Shown in pieces: positions 29,320-39,200 of a DNA stretch of 64,000 nt. This DNA comes from a virus, in the IMG/VR virus record IMGVR_UViG_3300042558_005069, positions 32,001-96,000 of that record; one strand, written 5' to 3'. Made by a program: the position numbers and the translations under genes. The notes under the pieces are model-generated. The model searched no databases and had not been told where the DNA came from. It worked only from the letters and a program-made list of their open reading frames with translations. The first letter of the stretch is position 1, and every line of letters starts with the position of its first letter.

Positions 29320-30060
29320 TTAATGAAGACGCGATTTTAATGATTCTTTAAACTTGTGAGAAAATTGTTTTGTTGATGAGCTTTCATCGTCAACTGCCGT
29401 AAGTGAGTTTGCTCTTCTATTTGCTCTTCTATTTACGTTTGAAGTGCTGTCTTGGACCGTAATTGACTTTCGTTGCATAAATCTTCTTACTGTCCCAGCC
29501 CCAGTCAGCCGTATGACGCGATCTATGATCGCATTTGACATTGGATCGTCTTTTTTGGCAACGAGGATGTTTTTATTTGAGTCAAAAGAGATCTTGTTGC
29601 TATTTAAAGTGGCAACTACGCTTCCGAGGCTGCTGGTTGTTACAAATTTTGACGCTTTGTAGTCAATCAGGTTCAATTTTGAATCAACGCTATTGGCAAG
29701 TCTGATGGGGACGGCAGACGAAGACATGCGCAACCTAGAACGCATAATAACGTTTCGCTCATTGTGTGATTTTGCAGTTTGTGAAGAACTTGCTTTATTT
29801 ATTAACTTAATTCTTTCAATTTCCGGGTCGACGTATGTTTCTAAAACCATATTTGCAATGTTGTCACTCACGTGCTTGAAGTCGGTTGCTCCAAACCCAT
29901 CAGGCAGGCCTTTATGGTTTATTTTGCCATTTGTTTGGATCGCCATAGCTATGCCTGCCCCAAACTCCGTTACTGACTTTGCAAGAATCGAGTCGCCTGT
30001 TCTTGCAACCACTACGTGAGGCGTTCCTCTTAGCAGATCTTTTATTATTGATATTTCCAT
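29320..30060 (-). CDS. hypothetical protein
   Basis: 246 aa ORF coupled to the upstream gene. Confidence 0.7.
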   Translation of the reverse strand: MEISIIKDLLRGTPHVVVARTGDSILAKSVTEFGAGIAMAIQTNGKINHKGLPDGFGATDFKHVSDNIANMVLETYVDPEIERIKLINKASSSQTAKSHNERNVIMRSRLRMSSSAVPIRLANSVDSKLNLIDYKASKFVTTSSLGSVVATLNSNKISFDSNKNILVAKKDDPMSNAIIDRVIRLTGAGTVRRFMQRKSITVQDSTSNVNRRANRRANSLTAVDDESSSTKQFSHKFKESLKSRLH

Positions 30061-32075
30061 TACCTACCACCCATCAATATTGTTCGAATATCATTTTTTT
30101 GCGAGCTCAAAGAGTCCAAACGGCTTTCAAACAACTTAGTAATGATATTTAGATGTATTTTTTCCCCAGTTGACATTCCGTAATTTTTAGAGCCAGAGAA
30201 CGAATTCCTTGGATTATAAGTTCTTGCTCTTCTTATTAATTGATTTATATACTTGATAAAAAGAACTCGTTGATCAGCTTTTAATTGCTGGTAATAATCA
30301 CTGTAAGCTGGGACTAGCTCAGCTTCGTAGAAATCTCTAAGACGTGCTTTCATCCTCTCTGTTATCTGCACTTTAGACAGATCGACTAATCCGGAAGATG
30401 TATTTTGTGCAAGTGCAGCCCTTAGTTCCTGTCCACTTGTTATTGGATAAATTGAAGTAGATGGACGAGATCTTTGATCAGTTAGATAATCAGAGATCAT
30501 TATTCTTGCTACGTCCTCTGGGCTTAGATCTGTAAATTTTTTAGATGAGTCAAACTTTGCATCGGGGAATGTCATTTCAACGTCTTGTCGAATATACTGT
30601 CTTACTTCCCCTGGCTTGCCAATAGGCAGAACTTCCGGAGCAGGCAACCCAAGATACCGCTGCAGGTCGGAAGCAAACATCTCTCCCATGTGCTGAAATT
30701 TGGCAGGATTTTCGTACACGAAATACTTGCCAGCCGAATCCTCTATTATCGATATGGTTTCATTTATTTTCTGTCGCTTCACAGCCTGCGTTTTGCTAAG
30801 GACATCGCCGATTATCTTCGGATCTAAGTCTGACAGCGTTCCGCCATTTTCTAGGTGCTGTATCGCGTTGTCGATATTGGATATTTTTTTCCTGGTACGA
30901 CCAATGTCAATATCTTCTTCTTCATCCTGGCTTGCCTTCGGAGTTTTAATTTTTTTACCTGAAAGCAAGGCGGAAGCCCATTTTGGTTTTCCCGACTTTC
31001 CGATACTATTAGGGTCGGAAACTCCAATAATATTCTCGGAAAAAGCAATCGCTCCTTCGAGTTCTTGTGAAACGTTCTTTAGTCGCGCAGAAGGGTCTTT
31101 TGAATTATCGACTTCCATTGAACTGTTCACAACTCTGCCGAGCTTTCTTCTTTCGCCAACTGAAAGTTTTCTTGCTTTTTCAAGAGTTAGGGTTGATCCT
31201 CCTGGAAGGACATAGAGCAGTTTCTGCACGCCGGTGTTAGAAAGCAAGCCGAGCTCTTCAGAACCTATTGAAGGAGAATCAAGTACGCCCATCATGAAGG
31301 TTGCTCCCTCCATGTCTCTATTGTCGGGGATTGCTCTTAGTACGTTATTGGCCACAACGGGCTCCAGAACAAAGCCATCGCGCCGTATCATTCTTCTTGT
31401 CGGCTCCGAGCTCTGAGAAAGGAAAGATCCTATTTCTTTTGTTAAAGTTTTGGCTTTTGCGGATGAAACTTGCCTGTTTTCATTTCCAACTCTTGGGATT
31501 TGAGCCTGTCTGGACTGAATTATGGAACTATCAGCCTGCTCTCCAGTTGCTATTCTCCCAGTAATTGTAGGGGTGGCTACACCTGAAACTGCTCTCCGTA
31601 CTGCCGAAATTGCAGCTCCCAAAATTGAAGGGATCGCAAAAAGTTGAGCTCCGCAAGTTGTAAACCTATTATCTGTAAATCTTCCGCCATACTGATAGCC
31701 CTCGGGGCATCGATGAGCTCTGTTCTCTCCAGGTCTTGACCCACCTCTTCTGCCTCCGCCAAATCCAGGCGTCAAAGTTCGGTAGATTGACGACCTCACG
31801 GGGGATCTAAGAGGGCTTGAGTCACCAGGGATAGCTGAGCTTAAGATGCTACTTCCAATTTGACGTAAAGCGTTTGCCTTAAATTTTATTTCTCCATATT
31901 TAGAAACGGAAGTTTTTTTTCTAGTGTTTCCGTTTAATCTGGAAAGAGCTTTATACGTAACTAATTGCTGCGTTTCTGCTGGAGCTCCACGAATGTAGTC
32001 AGTAAATTCTTTTTGCTCCAGGTCTGAAACAACGACCCGGATGACATAAGTAACTTCTTCATCCACAGCAGTCAA
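30060..32075 (-). CDS. hypothetical protein with a degenerate HipA/PI3K-like kinase region near the C-terminus
   Basis: EMFASDLQRYLGLPAPE..IMISDYLTDQRSR; N-terminal RCPEG..GGRFTD..C motif. Confidence 0.6.
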   Translation of the reverse strand: MTAVDEEVTYVIRVVVSDLEQKEFTDYIRGAPAETQQLVTYKALSRLNGNTRKKTSVSKYGEIKFKANALRQIGSSILSSAIPGDSSPLRSPVRSSIYRTLTPGFGGGRRGGSRPGENRAHRCPEGYQYGGRFTDNRFTTCGAQLFAIPSILGAAISAVRRAVSGVATPTITGRIATGEQADSSIIQSRQAQIPRVGNENRQVSSAKAKTLTKEIGSFLSQSSEPTRRMIRRDGFVLEPVVANNVLRAIPDNRDMEGATFMMGVLDSPSIGSEELGLLSNTGVQKLLYVLPGGSTLTLEKARKLSVGERRKLGRVVNSSMEVDNSKDPSARLKNVSQELEGAIAFSENIIGVSDPNSIGKSGKPKWASALLSGKKIKTPKASQDEEEDIDIGRTRKKISNIDNAIQHLENGGTLSDLDPKIIGDVLSKTQAVKRQKINETISIIEDSAGKYFVYENPAKFQHMGEMFASDLQRYLGLPAPEVLPIGKPGEVRQYIRQDVEMTFPDAKFDSSKKFTDLSPEDVARIMISDYLTDQRSRPSTSIYPITSGQELRAALAQNTSSGLVDLSKVQITERMKARLRDFYEAELVPAYSDYYQQLKADQRVLFIKYINQLIRRARTYNPRNSFSGSKNYGMSTGEKIHLNIITKLFESRLDSLSSQKNDIRTILMGGR

Positions 32076-32706
32076 CCTTTGTCTCTAGTGTCGAATCATA
32101 AGGAAAAGCTACTTTTTTGCTTGAGCCGATTTCTTCTCCTTCAATTTCCCAGTTTTCGTCCCCCTGTAAAAATTTAACAAATTTTTGTTCCATCGCACAA
32201 AACTCGCCAAGTACTTCAATGGCATTTTTCATATCACTTTCGGTAACTACTTGACTCTCAGACTTAATATCGGGATCAATGAAGTCATAAAAAAATATGT
32301 CTTCATATTGGTCGTCGGATTTTTTTGATCCTCGTATAACGTTTTTGGGTTTTTTTCCAGCTAGTGCAGATAAGAATTGAGAATCAGTCCAGTTTGTCAA
32401 CTTTTTTAATTTCTTCTTGCAGTTTTTCATTCCTGGATGGTGGCAACCTTCATTTGGCCACAATCCAGTCGTTTCATGGTGTAGCCACGCGCATATATTG
32501 CTTAGCGGGTATAGTTCTGGATGATTTGCAAGTATGACTCTGCATCTCGTAAAGCCACCTGGCTTTTTCATTATGGGACGCCAGTAACGAAGGAGTCTTT
32601 CCAGATTTCCTCGTCGGGGGCCATATCCACGCAGGATATCCCCAGTGACCAATTCTTGCGGCAAGATACCGCCAAGTGGGTCAGCTTTTTCGTTAACGTT
32701 TGACAT
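32059..32706 (-). CDS. hypothetical head-region protein
   Basis: LLRYW..PGGFTRC..CAWLHHETTGLWP Cys/His motif. Confidence 0.7.
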   Translation of the reverse strand: MSNVNEKADPLGGILPQELVTGDILRGYGPRRGNLERLLRYWRPIMKKPGGFTRCRVILANHPELYPLSNICAWLHHETTGLWPNEGCHHPGMKNCKKKLKKLTNWTDSQFLSALAGKKPKNVIRGSKKSDDQYEDIFFYDFIDPDIKSESQVVTESDMKNAIEVLGEFCAMEQKFVKFLQGDENWEIEGEEIGSSKKVAFPYDSTLETKVDCCG

Positions 32707-32709
32707 CTA

Positions 32710-33213
32710 TTATTTACCTTCCAGATTACGCATAATCTTCATAGCCATCCACGCTTCTTTTCTTTCAGTTTGTGTCCCAAAAGAATAAGTTCCGCCTACT
32801 GACTTTAGCATTTCTCCGCAGCATGTAGAAGTAGCAGCAAGTTTATCGTCACTATTTGCAAGGAAAAGAAGAGCTCTTGCGTCTTTCGTTTTAATTTTAC
32901 TGCGAGCTTCTCCGACTGAAGTAAGGATTACGGCTTGCTCTAAAGATTTTTCTGGAATTTCTTTTTCTTTTGTTACAAAAGTCTTATACCAAGAACCATT
33001 GACAACGTTCTTTGGTTTATCCCATAGAAAGCGATGAAACCGAGTCGTTCTAAATTTTTTGAGACCAGAAACTTTTGATGTTGTTGATATGAAGTTCACT
33101 TTAATCGAAGACCCATTTTGTCTTTCTATAATTCCATCTTTTTCTCCAGGGCCAGCGTCTGTTATGTAATACAACTTGTCATTATGAATAGAGCCCACAA
33201 GTACAGCCTTCAC
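32710..33213 (-). CDS. hypothetical protein
   Basis: GTGA overlap with the upstream stop; GGAGG SD. Confidence 0.7.
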   Translation of the reverse strand: MKAVLVGSIHNDKLYYITDAGPGEKDGIIERQNGSSIKVNFISTTSKVSGLKKFRTTRFHRFLWDKPKNVVNGSWYKTFVTKEKEIPEKSLEQAVILTSVGEARSKIKTKDARALLFLANSDDKLAATSTCCGEMLKSVGGTYSFGTQTERKEAWMAMKIMRNLEGK

Positions 33214-36200
33214 AAGAGGCCTCCTTTTTTGCCAACCAGAGATGGAGTTTTGCCATCCCTCATTGTTTTAATCATTGTTTTTGCTTGCTGGGTTATCTCG
33301 TTTAGTATTCTTTCCGCAAGAAGGGATTCTATTGAGTTTGCTGAATCGGCCCCCTTGTAAAAAGACCTAGGGTCATCCATGTCGATCCCTGTGGGGTGGG
33401 CAATCTTTACTTTGCTGAATCCTTTTGCACCGAGATCTTTTTTAATCTTATTTGCCGTTCGGTATTCTCTCAGGAGACGCATTGCATCGGTGTTTAATGA
33501 GCCTTCTCGGTTTACAGAATAAAAATACTGTATCTCCTCGTCGGAAAACCCTGCTTTGCGCAATCTTTCGGCAATTGACGTAGGGTTGACCACATCTTCA
33601 ATCTTCTCACTACTTGCCATCTCGGATATTTTTGAGTAAGGAAAGTTTATTTGTTCGACTTCGCTCATATCAAAACCACCAAGGACCATAGCTTCTATTT
33701 GCTTACGCTCGGTAGCGTCAAGAGTATTGCTATCTGGAGTTAGCATTTTAGATTTTTCATCAAATGACGCGTTCACGATCGACAAGTCATTAGATTTATC
33801 CGCGGCGAGCATATGCAACATGGTTTCAACATTGCTTGAGGGAGAATTCTTGTTTGTAGAACCAAGAATAGCGTCTGATATATCTTCCCTGTTGGTTGAA
33901 TTTAACCTTACAGGTCTTGCCCCAGACGTCAAGGAATCTCCGACCGAATAAGCTGTTCTGTTCGATACCTGTGGTTTGAGGACCACCTCGATATCCCCTA
34001 AGGCCGTGAGCCCGTCGCCGATTTCATCTTCGTCCCCTACTTCAAACACGGCATTAGCCAAAGAATTACCGACGCCATTTTTCTTGACTTTATTTTTTTT
34101 AGCATCAATGTGAGATTTGTGCACTACGTATCCCGGTACTGGTAACATCTCATCGCTCATTTCTTCTGGAAGCCCTATGCGCGAGTAATATTCTTTGGTA
34201 ATCCCATCGATGGCAAAGCCAACGTTTTTTCCAGAAATGACGTCTCTTTCTTCACTTACTGAACCACGCTTCATCTGACGTCGTACTTTGGCCAACCTGC
34301 TTGGCCCTCCTGTCCTTCCCGTGTCAATATCTTCGCTTGCGGCATTGTCTGTAGACTCTTTCAGAGCCTTCAATGCAGATTTAAATGCTCTTTCTATTGA
34401 TTGAGCTTGATCCGGTAAAATATTTTGATCCGCAGAATAATCGATCGATCCGAGTATCTCAGCTATATCGTTCTTGTTTATCTTCCCGCGGTCGGCCATT
34501 TCCAGTAAGGCAAGTTTTGCAATGTCATTGCCTGAGCGCCTTGCAATTTCTGCCCCTATCTGCTCAATGCTTTCCCTTGGTAGTCGCCTTTCAGAGGATC
34601 CGTCGATTAATCCAAGTGCAAATTTTATTGATTCTTTTGTTTTTTTGTCTACATTTGTTCGAGAAATTGCAGCATCAACTATTGCTTCTGACTTTCTGAT
34701 TCTTTGAGCGCTAGTGATAGATGTTGTACGGCCCGAACTAAATGAATTAGCGGAGTCCCTAGATTCAAATTCTAATGCTTCTTCGATTTCGCGCTGTCTT
34801 GCTCGGGCAGCTGGGCCTGGCCTTCTCTCCGCGGCAAGTCTCTGTCTGTTTCTTGCTGCTTCAGCGTAATCTGGGTTATTCTTAAGACCAACTGATCCAA
34901 GCTGTATGAAGTCTCCACTGTCGTACAATTCATCAATGCGCTCTCCGACTGTTTCGTCAAGGTTTGCCTTAACCATCGCTACTTCTTCAGGGGTAGCTGG
35001 AGCTACTTCTCCTTTAACCCATGGATTTTCCACACCAAGACGAGCTTCTTTTATTCCAAATACATCTTGAAATACTTTTCCAAGGGTTAGCCCTTGAATT
35101 ATGTCAGTCTGGACTTCGTTAACTCGCAATGGTATTTGCATGTCTTCATCCAGGGTACGGTTCGCTACGGTGTAGGCTGCCCACCTGTGATGGCCGTCAA
35201 GAATGAAACCATCATTGGTCGCGAGGATAGCGCCAGTCCACCAATGCTTACGGGCTCCATTGTCATCTTCTTCAAATATTCTCTTAATGTATTCTTCTCT
35301 AAATTCTGGAGTCCCCCTTTGGAATCCATCTTTCTCCATACTGGCGACAACGTTTAGTGAGTCCGATAAAATTGCTTCATTTATTTCGTCAACTTTTGAT
35401 GCCACCAACTGGGACTGCGACGGAGCATAGCTAGAAGGAACTACTTCTTTTCTTCTAACTGCGTTTCCTCCGTCTGGTTGTTTAATAACATCTTCTAGAA
35501 AATCCATAAATTCAGATTCAAGGTCAACTTCTGTATCTTGCCAGTTTGTATTCTGATAAAACCATGCTTTATCTTCTTCGCCTAGCGGTTCCTGCGGCCC
35601 CCCTTTTGATGGGTGCATTTTGGAAAGTCTGTCATATCTAGTAGCATTTATGTAATCGTTAATGATCTCCGGATCTATTCCTTCAGAGCGCAGGCGAGAA
35701 AGATATTGTTCACTGTTTTCGGTATTGGACTGCTCTGGCAACAATTTTGTTATATCTTTTAGCTTTTTACCTGCATATGCCCATTTTCCTTTTGCTTGGC
35801 CAGATACGAGCATTTTTATAGCTAGAGACTCGTTTCCAAATGTTCGACCATTCAGCTGAGGCATTTTTTCACGCAAAATACCAATATGCCCAGAACATAA
35901 TAGATTTTTTTCTGGGTTGTACAACTTGCAAAGGTCTGCTGTCCATTTTTCAATGTATTGTCTTTTTGCTTCTTTTAGATCTTTGTCGTTTCCAATATCC
36001 ATCTGTGGATTGGATTTAGCAAATTCCTGCTTAAATTTAAGCCAATCAGGGTGCTCTGCTTCTATCTTGGCAGAGGCTCCTTCTTTTATTAATTTTTCAA
36101 ATTGAGATTGAGACTGCTTAGTTAAAGTTTGATCTTCGTATCTAACGGCAACGTGATGTCCAGCCATCATCAGAGCAAGTGCGCTTTGAACGTTGTCTGC

Positions 36201-39200
36201 CTCGTATACAAATTCAATTCGTTCGCTTATGGCGAGCCTGTCTGTGCGCTTGACTCTTCCCTGGAAAAGGTTGGTCAATTCACCTTCTGTCATGTCGTCG
36301 ACATTTTTACCACTATTTATAATTTCATCAAAAATCGTTAACGCTTCAGCAGCTGTCTTTTTCTCGATTTCACGACGCTCTAACAGCGAAGCCGAATCTT
36401 GAATTGCTCCCGAACTAAAGCGAGCAGATCTTTCCGATGAACCCATCGCGGCGAGTCTTTCAACTCTTCTTCCTCCAGGTATTTGACTTCCTCCGGGGGC
36501 GGACATGTTTGATCTAAATTTACCCGATCTAGAGAATTCCTCAAGATCAGCTTCGCGCATTCTTACGCGCACCCGTCTATCTAGTCCGGAGTGAAATCTG
36601 TATCCAATTTCATCAAGCTTCGTCTGCAGTTCAGCCGTAGAAAGAGAAAGTAGCATATCCCTCACGTCAGGGCTTATCGAATCAGCAGACAATTCTGGAT
36701 ATTTCTTAGACCCTCTTCCAGCCAAGACCGATCTTAGTTCGTTTACGTCAGAGGAAATTTGTTTAGTTCTTCGTCGTGTTCTTTGTTGCCGACTCTCTCT
36801 TGACCCTAAAACGTCGTCCCTGACTGCTCCGCTGGAAAACCTTCCGTCATCGGCCAGTATCCCCTCGCCAAAATATCCATCAAGGTCAGCCAGGTCCCCA
36901 TTTATGCGTGAGTTTGTTTCTCCTATTGATGAGTTGTCATCTGAACTAGGGCCTACTACCCGACCACTTGAGCGCATGTCAAGGATTGCTTGATCTATCA
37001 CTGGTCTTATTTTTCTTACTGCGCCGTCACGCCATATTTTGTCATCTACTATGCGAGCAGATCCTCGATCGTATCCTTCAGTGAGCGTTTGAACAAATCT
37101 GTCGGCGACCTCGACCGTATCCATCTGGCGAGCAGCTTCGACTATTAGCGATCCGTCATCAGAGCGACCGATTATCCTAAAGGAACCCGGAGGCATGACA
37201 AAATTCTGAGCACCGGAATCTTGCTGACCAGGAAATATTCCCCTATCCCCTTCTCGAACTCGAATAATTACTCGCACTCTATTCTTTAAGGTTGCTTCGT
37301 TCTTTTTGTCTGCCCTTGAGACCGCTGGAATCACGGCGTTGCTTCTAGATACAACCCCAGAAACAAAACCATCCTGCTCGACAATTCTGCCGATGGAATT
37401 CCCCATGGTTTTTCCGGGAGCTATTTCCATTATGGCTTCCATCTCGAAACCTTCCGATGCGGAAGATCTGTCAAATGCCTCAAGTGCTGGAAGTAGTATG
37501 TTCTTCACTTGCGCCGTAAGGTCTGCTTGCCCGGACTTGCTGTCATTTACCGCTAAGTTATTCCTAATTCTTCTTGCCGTAACTCTGTTGATCGCTCTGC
37601 CTGTTTGAACCTGAAGCTCGGGAGAAAGCATCAAAGCAATCGGATTCTCCTCAAAATCTGCAATTTCCCTTAAAGCTGCCGCTTGCTGTTTGTTGATTGA
37701 CCTGCGATGTCTTGCTCTCTCAGCAGTCGCAAAGTCCGCTACGTCTTGAGCCTTTTTAAATTTCTTGGATGGTTTTGGCTTTGGAGAGATTGTTTCTTCA
37801 ATTTTCTCTTCAAGATCGCGCAGAATCCTTGCCCTGCTACGCTTGTCTCCGTTTTTAACAGATCTTTCTACATGCTCATTTTTCAGGATTTCTATTCCTG
37901 TTGCGATTTCTAGAGCTTGTGTTGAACCAGGCTCAATTGAAGGAAAGAGCCTGGTTGATCGAACAACTTCAGACAAGATGTCATCTTCCGACATGTCCTT
38001 AGCTCTATCGGTTAGCTCGTTCAGGGATAGTTGCTGAGCTGCCATTCTGGCTTGATCCGGAGTCCAGAGTCCAGCCCTCTCTCTGGCAGATACAACGTCG
38101 TCATCGAATCTTTCCAGCTCTCCGCGGGCACCTACCCCATATTTCTTGCGCCAAGCTTTTTTAACGTCATCATATTTTTTTTGATTAATATCAGAACGCT
38201 TTTGCCATGCGCTCATTAACATGTCTCTGTGTTGGCGTTTTAGATCTGTAAGGCGAGGGTCTTCATTTGGATCATCTAGGATGTCCTGCTCGCGCAATGG
38301 TTTTAAGGAGAATTCTTCAATCGTGTCAACATTTAACGAATGTAATGCAGCCTCGTCTATCATCTCATTTTCGGAAAGATTGGCTATATTGGATATGTAT
38401 TCTTTGAGTTGTTCTCTTTCAATCTCTTGCGTTGCTTCCATGTCTGAAGCTAGATTAACAAGATACTCATCTAACTGGTCAGCGTCCATTTGAGATACAG
38501 GAGTAGCAACTCCTCCTGCTTGAGTAGACGGAGCTCCTGCAGTGCTTGCTAAATCTGCTGCATCAGCATCAACATCTGAATCGACTCGCGCAACCCGAGA
38601 CGGCCTAGCTGCTGCATCATCTATAAAACTAAGTGCGGAATCTACGTCCTCCCCCCATACCAAACCAGCTTCGCGTAAACCCCAAATTTCGGCGGAAGCC
38701 TCAAGGCCCCATCTTTCGCTTCCAGCATAAGTGTCAGGATAAATACCAGCAAGCATTCTGACGTTTTCAATTTTAGACAATGCATTGTCAAGGTCTTTAA
38801 CGTCTATCGAATCATTCATCTTATCCATTAGGTTAAATAAATCTGTACCAGTCATTTCTTCGATGCTTGATACAGTTTTAATCCCTAGAAACTTATTATC
38901 TCTGTCATAAACGGGAACGTCAAGGCCCTCGGGTGATTGCATTTTTCTTTCGGCTTCCCTTAAGAACGCCAGACCTTGATACACGTGAGCAAATTCGTGT
39001 GCTCCAATAAATGCTGCAAATGTTTTTGGACCGCCTACGAGTCCAGCCATCCTTTTAGCAAAATGATTAGAGTTCACTAAGAAGTCGGCTACGGCTTCTT
39101 GCCCCGCTGCATCCGTTGCTGCTCCTACAGCGGCCACTCCTAATCGCTGGTCTGGCCTCAACGAAGGAAGCATTAATTCTTGATTGCTGAGAATCCTATT

